Shown piece after piece: positions 13,801 through 24,566 of a stretch of DNA of 64,000 nt (positions are counted from its first letter, which is position 1; each line of letters starts with the position of its first letter). The position numbers and the translations under genes were made by a program. Source of the DNA: Octopus bimaculoides (lineage: Eukaryota); contig NC_068981.1 in NCBI RefSeq assembly GCF_001194135.2, forward strand, positions 109,137,731 to 109,201,730, read 5' to 3'. The notes beneath the pieces were generated by a model. That model had not been told where the DNA came from. It saw only the letters and a program-made list of their open reading frames with translations, and searched no databases.

Positions 13801-16800
13801 AAATGAAATGTCTAATATTATAATTTCTAAAAATAAAAATAGACTTAATAAATTCAATGTACTCAATAAATGATAATAATGACTATATAATGCAAGAGTA
13901 TATATTTTGGGTGTGCTAGTAAGTGATGGAGGCACATGATTTAGTGGTTACAATGTTGGACTTGTGATTGAGCAAAACACTTCATTTCATGTTACTCCAG
14001 TCCACCCAGCTGGCAAAAATAAGTTATCCTACAACAGACTGGAATCCTGTCCAGTGAGAAATATACATACCACAGAAACCAGGAAACAGCCCTTATGAGT
14101 CTATACAACTTGGGAAGGAGCTTCATCCTTTGTCATAGGTACATGATGCATACCTACCCAAGTTGGTAAATTTTAATTATAAATAATTCTGTTCATACAG
14201 TATCACGAACATAATCTGGTCATGATTTGCTTTCAAATCTAATACACACACAGAAACAAAGTCAGATTCAAATCATTGTATCCAAGAAGAAAAAATCTGT
14301 TTCTGTACTCATACTTCAGGCTTTGTGCCTAAAGTAGAAAAGATCACACCCTTTTTCCCCAAACATTTTGGGCCTTATGCCTAGAGTAGAAAAGAATAGT
14401 CGGATTAGCACAGCAGTATACCCTGTGACAAAAATCTCTATACACCACTGATGTAATGAATATATTAAAATGCATACAAAGAGAATAACAATATAGTTAT
14501 CCTTTACATCTTCCAGTACCATGTAAGGTATTGCTAAATGAAGGATGAATTGGAGCTAAATAACAATCTATATAACATAATACCTAAATCTGCTTTATTA
14601 AACTTCTAATCTTGATGAGGATTAAGAAAAATGTGGGTTGAAAGGAGTTTGGGGAAAGAAGAACAAAGTGTTTAGTATAGGATTTGAGGTGGGGGAAAAA
14701 CAAAAGAAGTGTAGTTGCAACAGAAGAAACAATATATGACCATTATGAAATTTTAAACACCTAATCTCAATGCATACTAGCAAACATTGTTATTTAGGAA
14801 ATATTAATTTTAATCCTAAATCATATTGTAATAAATGTAAATGTTTCCCATGTTTTGGAGGAGGTTAAGGTTAGGATCTAGATTTGAATTCATTATGTTA
14901 AGCAAATGAATAAAACAACATTCCAAGATGATCAGGCACATACTCTCAACAGACAGATGATCTGGGGTATGAAGAATTAAGAGTTCTGCTCAAATGCACA
15001 ACAATTTACTTTCAGTGAAAATGAACAAGACATATTCACTGAAAGTGAATATTAACTCACAGCCAATGAGTTTTATGGTTTACTTAGTATTTCAAATTGT
15101 AGTTTTTAAAACTCTTGGAACAGCAAATTACAATTGGTGCAATGCCCAATCAAGTGTTTTGAACATAAAACAGGTAGAATATCTGGGCCTGATATGGTCT
15201 GTTTGAATGCTAAAGGGATAAAAAAATATCCACAAAATTACATTCAAAGATATGAAATTTATTACAAATGTGCTGGCTAAACTTTTGTAAAAGCTGGGGG
15301 TTTTTTTTGGGTTTTTTTTTTTAACTAAAAAATTCTAGCTCTCTTAAAATTAACACACTAATATTTTTAGAAATTCATTATGTTAACATTTAGACAACCC
15401 TAGATATTTCATATCTACATTGTATGATTAAAACTCTCGAAACAGAAAATTAAGACAATTTGATTAAATTAGTTGTAGAAAGAATCAGTGCAAGTTCAAA
15501 ATCAGCTTCACCTTTTTGTTACCATATTTCTGTTTAGATGCTCTATGTTTCTTTCAATTAATTTTGAATATAACAAAGAATTTAGTAAAATAACTTAGTT
15601 ATCATTATGCTAGTGTTAGGTACATAAATTGTGACTAAAGTTTGGTGGAAGATTTTAATTCAAAACTTATGAAAACAAGACATTTGTACTACAGAGCCAG
15701 AGGCAGTTTCAGCTGGGTTGGTATCAAAAGGGTTAAGGATGAATTATTTGTTATATTCTCTAAGACACAAACAACAATAAAATTGTTAACATACTTAGCT
15801 CCTCCAATATTTGCTCCACCATTATGATTGCAAACAGATCCTGAAAAATTAAGAAAATGAATAAAAAGCCAGGAGGAAGTAACAAAAAAAATAATTTGTA
15901 ATTAATTTATGCATTTAAAACTACATATTTATATCCCTTAGATCAAGATATTTTATGGATACAAATCAATCTGAATGTGTGTACATATCTGGAAATAAAA
16001 CACTTGATGACAGGGACCAAAACAGTGTAGTTATAAATATTGCAAATATATGTTCTAAAGAGGAGATCAGCAGTTTGAAAAACTACAACCTTATGAAAAG
16101 TATAACCTGTATCAAGACAATTTATCAATTATTAGCAAACACACCAATCAAGTCTGCTCAGGATGACTGTTTAATCTAATACTTTTGGATTTGGGATTTG
16201 ATGTTAAGTAAATATTTTAATATTTATGTTTGAAACCAACAATTTCAGCATTTAAATTCAATATGGCATAGGAGTGGCTGTGTGGTAGGAAGCTTGCTTA
16301 CCAACCACATGGTTCCAGGTTCAGTCCCACTACATGACACCTTGGGCAAGTGTCTTCTACTACAGCCTCGGGCCAACCAAAGCCTTATGAGTGGATTTGG
16401 TAGATGGAAACTGAAAGAAGTCCATCGTATACATATGTATGTGTTTGACAACCGATGTTAGTGGGTTTACGTCNNNNNNNNNNTTGGTAGATGGAAACTG
16501 AAAGAAGTCCATCGTATACATATGTATGTGTTTGACAACCGATGTTAGTGGGTTTACGTCCCCGTAACTTAGCGGTTCGGCAAAAGAGACCGATAGAATA
16601 AGTACTAGGCTTACAAAGTCCTGGGGTCGATTTGTCCAACTAAAGGTGGTGCTCCAGCATGGCCGCAGTCAAATGACTGAAAAAATAAAATAAAAGAAAA
16701 AGAATGGCTGTGAGGTGAAGATTCCAGCTTAAGCTTAATGTATTTCTAAAGACCAAGTGTTGTCCTCAAGATTTGTTCAAACTCCACAGTTGCATGAAAC

Positions 16801-18923
16801 TATACCATTCCACCAACACAAACATAAATTAAAAAAAAACACCTGTAATCAAGCTTGAAATATTGAGTTTTCTGAAACTCATAAATGAACCAACTTTGAT
16901 AACCAAATGAAATATTTTTCACATTCATTGCTAAAGAATCTTTGGAATAACATTTATTACTTTACATGGTTTGCATGTGATATAGGCTGAGAAAGGTTTG
17001 CAGTACAGCATATTGCTAATCCACTTATTTCTATGAGATTCAGTATGCAGAGATATAACTTCACTGATTCTTTGTTATCCTAGCACACAAAATTATTTTT
17101 TAAACCAGTGGTTCTCAATCTTTTTGGAACATAAAAATTAAGTAAAAATATTAGTAGCACTTTACATGGAAAATATTCTTTAAAGGGTAAAATTTTCAAA
17201 AAAAATACAGAAAACTATTGACTACCTTGTTTTATTAATCATACTTGTGCTTAAGTTATGAATAACATAGTTCTGGAGCTGTTCAAGCATGAGTATGAAT
17301 TTTCTAAAGCCTCAAATTAGATATCTACAGCTCACCCAGATGTATCTTGTGGTATACCAATTTGATGCAACACNNNNNNNNNNATATAATATATATATAT
17401 ATGTATATACTGAACACAAGTGACTAACCCAAGTCCTACCCTTGTGCACAAGCAAGGAAAACAAAGGCTACAACATGCTGCATATAAACAGCCACACTAT
17501 CATTTATATCTCTTTGTAATTAAAATTTCATTACGCTAAAAGCATATTAACATTTCTGCAATTGTCCTCCCTTCTATTTATTTCAATAACCATGTTACCC
17601 AGAACAAATGGTGAGAATGTAGAACAGTGAAGAACCTCTTCTATCTAGCAGGATGCAAGACAACTTCACTGTAATGGTGCCACAAAGAAATACATCCAGT
17701 ATCGTAGTAAGCATGCCAAAATAAAATGCACAAATGAAACAGTACCCTAACCATCGCTAAGAGGGCTGAAACTCCAAATAAGAACCAACTCAGACCATGA
17801 TAAACTTTCCAACCCATGCCAGCATGGAAAATTGACATATGATGATGATGATGATGTGAACATCACAATAAACAACGTCCATATAGCTTTTTAAAAAAAG
17901 TGGTTGTGCTATTTAACAGTATGCATTCAAACAAATGAATACAACTTCACAAAAGGTTACTAGTGGAATTATAATAGTGTTCATACACCTACCTCCGTAT
18001 TTGTTTTTCTATAAATTTCAGTGTGGGAAATTCTGTCTGTGGGTGTGTTTGTGGAATTGCTAGCTAACTCCTCCTACATCGTTTTATCGATTTTGATGAA
18101 ACTTGACATGTGAGTAGAACTCATGTCTGGAAACCTCATGGCATACTCAAGATTGTTGAAACAAAATCGATAATAGGGCACCTGGAAGGGATCCTTATAT
18201 ACAACTAATATATTTTATTTTAAAAACCAAGGGAAATATCTCATTCGCCCCTGGAAGAGATCCTTATATATAGCCAAGAGAAATAACCCATTCATTTCCC
18301 TAAATTATTTGGTATAAATCAAATTGAGAATGCTTATTTCTTAATATTTGAACTGTTAGAGTTATTTTCACAATTTACAACAAGTAAATAGTATTTTCCT
18401 AAACAATAGATCCACTTATTTCGATTAGTGACTTATTCACAACTATACCAACACTAGCGCCCCTGAGGGTAATATTTTCTGGGAACACACAAAAGCCCTT
18501 TTCAGAGTTATTTACTTTGAATTATTATCTCATATCTGATTAGCCTGTTATTACATAACATGCTTCACAATTTTAGTATACATACCTTATTAGTAGTTCC
18601 TCCTATGTTCTATATACTCTGGGAAATCTTTAAAGCCCTTTTCGAGGTTACTTTATTTGAATTCTTACTATCAGGTAACTAATTTCATGTTATTATATAA
18701 CTGACTTCACAATTTGGGTATTCATAACTCACTGGGAATTCCTAAAAACAAGATACTGTGTAAAACAGTTCAGTATTCACTGTAAATGCACAAAAACTGT
18801 TTTAAGGGCTATATACTTTGTATTGTTGTTATTGGATTAGCAAAACAATTATGAGAACGGAACCAAGGGATAAGCCCCGCTTTCCTGGGAATTACCGGGT
18901 ACGTCAGCTAATATATATATATA

Positions 18924-18972
<49 letters not shown>

Positions 18973-20908
18973 AATTTGTACTCTACAGAAGTATAGAGTG
19001 ACCCATCAGATTAATGAAATGTTATTATAACTAAACATAAAAACAAACAATTATATATATACACACACACACACACCACCATCATCATCAGTTTTCCATG
19101 CATGCACAGGTTGGACAGGTTGATAGGAGCTGAGCAGCTAAAGAGTTGCCCAGGCTCCATTTCTATTTTGGCATGGTTTCTACAACTGGATGCCCTTCCT
19201 AATGACAACAATGTATATGAGATTAAAAGGACATTTGAACTACACCAAAAACACGAACTGTAAAATTTAAGACTGCAAGAGATTCCACTGACATCTTCCA
19301 TTTCTATGCAGTGATCTGAAGATACACTTGGGAGAATATGAGCTAAAGGCAAGCTAACAAAATACTCATCAGTAATTCAGTGCATCTACTGCTTACAAAG
19401 TACCAATTGAGAATGACAATATTATTAATGGCTAAAAATTTTGGTCAGCACAACACTTAGGATAAGATAGGATTTCTCTTCTTTCTATATATTCCAAAAT
19501 AAACCATAACATTTCAATACAAAAAAATCTGAACAATTTACTGCTACACAAATACCCATAAACTTCAGTCCAACATTGATCTTACCTGCAACTAAACAAT
19601 AAATACTCCTTTCCAATATACAAATCTTTCATCTGCTAGCCATAACCCATCTCAGTTGCCTAGGTTATACTGTATTCTAAATTCACTCCACTAACATGGC
19701 TATCAAAAAAAATTCATTTGCTGTATTCAACACCGTCAAAACTTCAGGAACCATCTGCAATTGTACAACTAATTTGTATCCTGCTTTGAATATATCTAAC
19801 TTAAGTCACCTTTCTCTCTTAAGTCATCAAATGTGGTTTTAATGTAACTCTCTTTGATTCCATTCACCTCTAATACAGATACAAAGAGATCAAATAGTTT
19901 CCTTTATTGAACTGTCAATATCATTTTGGCATCTTCAGTCACCAATAACTTAAACCACTACACTTGGTCTATTTTTCACCTCTAAATCTTCAGATTAGAT
20001 GACCACTGCATAATCAAAGTAATACATTTACAGCTTCCTGAACCTTATGATACACCTGTGTCTTTCCTCTGAATCATCATGGATGGCTAAAAAGGTGAAA
20101 AAAAACTATCTGCAAATACTTCAAAGTTCACACAAGAACATGCTGCAGGCAGCAACACAAGCTAAGATCAATGTCTTCAATACCTACAGGAAGATATCAA
20201 CCATCACCAGCTCAGAAATGTCCAATGCCTATAAGATGCCAGTTCTCTCAAATCGTAGCCAATCCCTTGCCAAAGAACACCAACAAAATTAACCACCAGT
20301 TACCCCTATACATAACATTTTCTGCCTACTTAAAGTTTAATGCTGAAATCAAGACAGTATTTTCATAAAAACGCTAGTTCACATTTTTATTTTACTTTCT
20401 ACATATGTTTATGTAAAATAATTTTATAACATCAAAAATGTTTAAAAGGTAATCTGTTTACAAACCACTACGTAGTTAAATGCGGATTTCTGTTAAAGAT
20501 GGTACCATCCAAACATGTATTATTTTACATTTGTAGTTATTAGTACACTGATGGTGGATAAAATTACAATAATCATTTATTTATATCAGTCAGGCTATTT
20601 TCATTTTCAATTTAGAAAATTATCAATAAAACTTAGTTATAAACATTATGAGTAGAAACATTTAAACCAAAATTAGATTTTTATGAGGAAAACACTTACG
20701 AAATTCAAATTCAACAAAACTAAATGAAATTTTCACTAAGTTCAAAAATAATTTCAAATCCTCAAAAATTCTTTTATGTTAGGGTTGCAGTTTTGGTACC
20801 TTTGTATTGACAAGATGCTATTTAACACAACTTAACTCACCAAATGAATTCAACATAACTACCAAAAATTCTGTAGGTAATTAATAATGTAGATACTTTG
20901 AAACTATG

Positions 20909-20946
<38 letters not shown>

Positions 20947-22357
20947 NNNNNNNNNNNNNNNNNNNNNNNNNNNNNNNNNNNNNNNNNNNNNNNNNNACGT
21001 GACCTTCACCATTCACACCTAAACTACTTAAAACAAATTTCAATTCTTTTCAAAGTTAGAATGTGCCATATATCTTGACATAGTTAATAGACATGCTTTG
21101 GATGTAATTCCAGATTTGTGGATCCGATTGAAATAATGAGAACCGTAACACTGGAATACCTAACCAGTACACACACTACTTTCATTATTGAAATTTTTAT
21201 TCCTTAATATTTCATTTTCTCTTCGCAGATGAAAGTATTAAGTATTTATCCTGGCAGTAAAGAGGAAACAAATACTAGTTAAAGACGTATTTGTACAAGA
21301 TATTAAAACTGCTTCTTTTTTTTTTTTTTTTCCATTTCAAATTCACTTTCACATTTTTGATCTCAATAAAACACTTATTCTTTCATAGATTACCAGAAAT
21401 GAAAAAAGCGCCCTGATTTCTAATTAAAACTAGACAAAAATAAATTTGAGTATCTTGACACAGTAGTAAACTTGACAAAATCCAAAAGTTGCATTATTAT
21501 TGAACAAAATCATACCAGCTACCTTCAAAAGAATAATGTCATATAAGAAAAATAAATGAAACTTTCCAAGACAATGAACTAAGCAGAGCGATCAAAGATG
21601 ACTCTTTAAATTTTGAATTACTCCATATGTATGTTTAACGCATACTTCAAATATCTATAAATATTCAGAATAGGCGAATATAGAAATCTAAAAACAGGCT
21701 GAAGATATCTAGATGCATATAAATTAGAATTATCAAACGCAACTATATATTTCCCGTTTTGTCTGTAATGGTTTCTAACATTTATCATCTTCGACTTTTT
21801 CAAGAAACAGCACCAACAAACAAGCATAGTCGACAAATATACTTGTTCTAATAGAACGGTGAAGATAAATTAGTTTGAATGAAACATTTACCTGAAGGTG
21901 CAGTCTTTGGAGTGGAATCAGTAGAGCAATTTATCAAGTCATTCACTGATTTTATTTCTTCTATAAATTGAGTTACGGATTTCATGTCGCCGATACTTTG
22001 AGTTTTGGTACCGGTCATGTTAGTGTTACCTGTAACGACATTACTACAACTAACATTAGTAGTGTTAGACACACTGCTACTTAAGGAATCAACACTGCTA
22101 GTTAGTTCTGTTGGAGTCGAGCTGGTTACAGAATCTTTACTTTCTGCCACTAGGCTTTGACCGGAACTACCACCAACCACCTGAACTTGAGGTTTCGTTG
22201 TAGTAACACTTTTGTCCGCTGATGGAACTATTGATGTACCAACGTGAACAGCTTCACGTGTTTGCTCACCATCCTTGGTATCATCCGAGGTAACAACGGA
22301 TGATACACTAGAGTTAGCCAAACTGGACTCACTGCAGTTACTCCCGACAGGATCCAT
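1768..22357 (-). CDS. EDC4: Enhancer of mRNA-decapping protein 4 (EDC4/Ge-1), 5' part; 9 coding exons in window, gene continues off the left edge
   Basis: Exons 22357-21892, 15840-15795, 11384-11325, 10991-10880, 10057-9952, 7413-7227, 6445-6292, 2696-2482 and 1851-1768 join in frame at GT-AG junctions. Peptides KEVEVITS..AGSNK-VKTTTVVKFEWEARKYLGNLVAV, RTLLKDFCGRVTDLAFA, HRVFWCPYIPDESE, AFSPDGSALATASMDGMVKFFQI and LHEWSPHGGQPLSCLFF match the EDC4 WD40 propeller as I recall it. Confidence 0.95.
2482..2696 (-). CDS. EDC4: EDC4 coding exon 8 (WD40 repeat)
   Basis: AEIWNVDMVCQKYG...AFSPDGSALATASMDGMVKFFQITMNEGPSP; tttcctttag acceptor, AG|GTAAGA donor. Confidence 0.96.
3658..5446 (+). mobile_element. 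piggyBac DNA transposon, decayed PGBD4-like transposase, right end missing
   Basis: TTAA (3654-3657) then TIR CCCTTTCGTTACTA. Broken ORF pieces: DPLFKIRPLID, VSVNEGMVGYKG..FRQYMPGKPTK*GIKVW, FFDQFFSS, YNQYMGSVDRLNQMMSYY, KWWRYLVWYIVNMSIVNAF. Frameshifts and stops throughout. Confidence 0.92.
5447..5560 (+). mobile_element. Helitron 3' end fragment
   Basis: TCCCAAGCAATGTGGGGTATCTCTGCTAG|T: degenerate subterminal hairpin plus CTAG before a T, same end type as the element at 616. Confidence 0.55.
5600..6085 (+). mobile_element. CR1/L2-like LINE 3' remnant
   Basis: Residual C-terminal motifs FYLNGTCSSELA and LWNSLP typical of CR1/L2-group ORF2. Confidence 0.5.
6292..6445 (-). CDS. EDC4: EDC4 coding exon 7
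   Basis: SKLLLNIVSYNDNQSEFHRVFWCPYIPDESEDDTSQDNSFSKMLLITHGEK; donor AAG|GTTAAG. Confidence 0.95.
6446..7226 (-). other. U12-type (minor spliceosome) GT-AG intron in EDC4
   Basis: 5' splice site GTATCCTTTT (7226-7217); branch-site-like TTTCCCTTAAAC (6466-6455) 9 nt before the AG; no long pyrimidine tract; phase 2. Confidence 0.85.
7227..7413 (-). CDS. EDC4: EDC4 coding exon 6
   Basis: GKSGANVRILNRKTADRTLLKDFCGRVTDLAFAFTDKILLAAIDEMGNLYIHQITGASEGKIQ; followed by the donor GTATCCTTTT. Confidence 0.95.
7700..8900 (+). mobile_element. Highly decayed RTE LINE fragments
   Basis: Eroded matches to the RTE at 43830-47499 (gaccagattatgaaagctattgag, atgccaggaaagagtaccactgac, aagcctttga, tgacatgagcatgcc). 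Confidence 0.5.
9000..9510 (-). mobile_element. Decayed LINE endonuclease-region remnant
   Basis: Purine-rich minus strand with APE-like residue patterns; family not resolved. Confidence 0.3.
9952..10057 (-). CDS. EDC4: EDC4 coding exon 5
   Basis: VKTTTVVKFEWEARKYLGNLVAVHRNGVFVAYCLR; tag acceptor, GAG|GTGAGG donor. Confidence 0.95.
10880..10991 (-). CDS. EDC4: EDC4 coding exon 4
   Basis: ILEGNDRANTFSVKSKEVEVITSRLSSNPENQAGSNK; cag acceptor, AAG|GTAATT donor. Confidence 0.92.
11325..11384 (-). CDS. EDC4: EDC4 coding exon 3 (60 nt, NHLAQPAAIFGYRSSNNTQRI)
   Basis: Acceptor ttttttattatttag, donor AT|GTAAGC, phase 2-2; the TQRI-ILEGND junction parallels vertebrate KQVI-CLSGDD. Confidence 0.8.
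11490..12640 (+). mobile_element. Highly decayed RTE LINE fragments
   Basis: Eroded copies of RTE ORF segments (ccatgaaaggttgctgaatgagaagaatatatgg, tatgatgctgaaaatatctg, gctgatgacctagg..tctgagtca, gaatcaaaaggcctgaaaataaac). Confidence 0.55.
12785..13135 (+). mobile_element. RTE LINE 3' UTR with three tandem modules and (GAT)n tail
   Basis: Three CTGACTGGC..GGCACRTAAAAAGCACC units, then TTGGCATTAGGAAGGGCATCCAGCTGTAGAAAC, ending gacattaaacgatgatgatgatg; same end as 47200-47499. Confidence 0.8.
13930..14110 (+). mobile_element. Decayed tRNA-derived SINE
   Basis: A-box-like ggcacatgatttagtggtta head and central ctccagtccacccagctggcaaaaat block. Confidence 0.4.
15511..15732. mobile_element. piggyBac-type MITE
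   Basis: Ends ccttttTGTTACC ... GGTATCAAAAGGG-TTAA; body nearly identical to 60041-60226. Confidence 0.7.
15795..15840 (-). CDS. EDC4: EDC4 coding exon 2 (46-nt micro-exon, GSVCNHNGGANIGGA)
   Basis: Strong acceptor ttttcttaatttttcag and donor AA|GTATGT; supplies the phase 1 to phase 2 change needed to join exon 1 to exon 3. Confidence 0.7.
16264..16700 (+). mobile_element. tRNA-derived SINE (internal duplication across a 10-N gap)
   Basis: Head GTGGCTGTGTGGTA..GGTTCAGTCCC, central accttgggcaagtgtctt block, tail gctccagcatggccgcagtc..tgactgaaa and A-rich end. Confidence 0.85.
17106..17373. mobile_element. hAT-type MITE fragment
   Basis: Begins CAGTGGTTCTCAA; interrupted by an N gap. Confidence 0.4.
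17785..17856 (+). mobile_element. RTE 3' terminal fragment with (GAT)n tail
   Basis: ccaacccatgccagcatggaaaattgacatatgatgatgatgatg. Confidence 0.65.
18008..18911 (+). mobile_element. Non-autonomous Helitron-like element
   Basis: Starts TCTATAAATTTCAGTG then tctgtctgtg motif; ends GGGAATTACCGGGTACGTCAGCTAA (decayed CTAG) against a (TA)n tract. Confidence 0.6.
18912..18970 (+). repeat. (TA)n microsatellite
   Basis: Direct reading; other (TA)n tracts at 1-60, 20913-20946 and 59607-59640. Confidence 0.95.
19078..19203 (-). mobile_element. RTE 3' terminal fragment
   Basis: Reverse complement of the same RTE 3' end (catcatcatc..ttccatgc..ctggatgcccttcctaatg). Confidence 0.65.
21892..22357 (-). 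CDS. EDC4: EDC4 coding exon 1 (155 codons +1 nt; Ser/Thr/Val-rich low-complexity N-terminus)
   Basis: ATG at 22357 with an in-frame TGA 11 codons upstream; donor TCAG|GTAAAT at 21891; phase matches the downstream exon chain. Weak similarity on its own. Confidence 0.75.
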
Positions 22358-22609
22358 AGGTTTAGAATCACGTTTTTGTTGCAGAATTCAAGTAGCTTCT
22401 GAAATAATCTCCAAATTTAAAGAAGAATTTTCTTTCAATCGTTTACTTTGTTTTGGTCTTTTTATCTTCAAGGGAAATCCGTTTGTATTTTTTAATTCAA
22501 TAATAAAATACTGGTAAATTTGAAAAATGAATTAGAAAAAAAAAGAGGATAAAAATAAAAAGATGTTTGAATAAGACAAATGGTACGGATTTTCTTTCTG
22601 TATCTGAAA

Positions 22610-22710
22610 GAGAATAAATAAACCGCTATTCGCTGCTTTTCCAGCAGCGGCCATGAGAATATGGCGGTAAGCCTTATGATCACGTGAACACGCTGAAACG
22701 AAAGCATTCA
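22610..22710. promoter_or_regulatory. Candidate promoter of EDC4 (possibly bidirectional)
   Basis: Locally GC/CpG-rich patch ~300 bp upstream of the EDC4 ATG; YY1-like cores GCCAT and ATGGCGG in opposite orientations; E-box CACGTG at 22681. Confidence 0.45.
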
Positions 22711-24566
22711 CTAAATTAATTTTGTGTCATATTTATTATATTTATCAAAACTACATTTTGGTGTAGTGAAATAGGAGAATAAAGTTTGGCGAAATAATAT
22801 TAGAAAATTAGAAACATTTCATTATTGCTATATCTATATTTCAAATATTGAATATAGTATATTACTTTGATTACATAGTGTTTGACAGTTTTATCGCTTT
22901 ATATAAAAATTAAAATAGAACTAGGTAAAACTGGATCTGTAAAATGAAATGTGAATTTCGTTTCACTCTTCTCTAATTGAGCCGAGTTAGTCTTTTGGAT
23001 ATTTGCTAGTGAACATGTAACCAATTACTTTGAATATTTGCTATTAAACATGTAACCAAGTACTTTGAATATATTTTTATACCAAATGAGTACTTAATTG
23101 ATAAAACTATCCCAATTCCCTTAATATTCAAAACATCTATTAACTAATTTACTTCAATGATAGAAAATAATTTTTTCCCATTTGGGAAAGAAAGCTTCGA
23201 CACTAGACCAGTCCTTAGCAACACTCTTACCTCATAAATGATGCATTTCTCTTAGCTTACCTTCATCTGTTCTCCACCAGTTGTTCTTTGACTGTCCAAG
23301 CTTTCCCTTTCCAAATCTATTTTAATGCCAACTTTGGTGTTTTGTTGCGGTCCATTCTGAATGCGTAACTACCGGCGTTTTATATCGATGACAACCCTAT
23401 TCCAACCAGTTTTGCACAATATGAAATTAACTGAATAAAAACCATACCCACTCTTCATACCTTTATTTCAGTATACGTTCACAAGAAAATACTCAAATTT
23501 TATTTGAATCACACCCAAGACGCAATATACTCTTTCCAATAATACGATTTAAAGTCCTGTAAATAAATCAAATAAATTTTATTTTCAATACAAATTTGCA
23601 AAATTGAAGCGTTCATTGTATTCGTTTTCCATTCTAATCAAAATCTTCTATTTAGAATAATTGAAACATAAATCATTGATTTTAATTTTAAACTGTTTTC
23701 TTCAATCACACAGCTAAGGAATCAACCATCAAAACTGGAAGATATTCTCGGCTAAGTGAAACTTTAACCCTCCTTATATAACATAGAAACTAGTATAATA
23801 TTTAGTTTATTTCGATCTTAAACCTGACGGAAAAGTAAATCTACTTTAAATTTCCACAATAAATATATAAAGTGTTTAAAATGGAAAACTCATATCGCAA
23901 AGACATCATAGCGTTCTTTAAATTTCCTTTATACTTTCAAAAATTTAGTTCGCCGAAACTATAATAATCTACGTTTCTTTCGATTAATGAAAGAAAATTT
24001 TCTAGGTTCGTAGGTCAATTGCAAATTTTCTTTGAAATTTCTATATAGAAAAGAAAACGACAAGAAAGGAAAGGGAAAGGAAAACAACAGTAAGCCAGTT
24101 TCGTTTCATACATCCCAATGATGCAACATTACATCGAAACAATAGGAATTTCATCACAGGTAAAAATTGCACCACGTGTGGAATTTCAAATGATCTCTTC
24201 TGAACTTGCAAAGAGTTTACTTAGGGCTTACCGCATAATGTTGTCGTTTGCAATTGTATAGACATAAAACGAGATATTACTGAAAGGCAAACAAATCATT
24301 TTTAAAAGATAATGTTAATTAGTATCCTTAAAAATAATTTATACCATCACTTTTCATGTTTCTCTATCTGTATATGTTACATTCGGACAGATCAACAGAA
24401 AAAAATACTTTTATCTTTGTAGAATTAGTTTACTAAAAGATACCCAGAACGCAATTCAAAAAGGCACTTTATTAGTTAATTGTTTGTAAATTATTCAAAT
24501 AAACATTACTTCATTTGTATATCTTAAACTGAGTTCGAAAGTTCTAATTAACAAACACCCCCATCA

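Noticed and set aside
16401-16560. ~70-bp direct repeat flanking a 10-N gap
   Set aside because: Identical sequence on both sides of a minimal gap is most simply a contig-overlap assembly artefact.
22358-22510. In-frame coding extension of EDC4 upstream of the ATG
   Set aside because: The frame is open for most of the region but contains a TGA 11 codons before the ATG; treated as 5' UTR. It would be worth revisiting only if the TGA proved to be a sequencing error.
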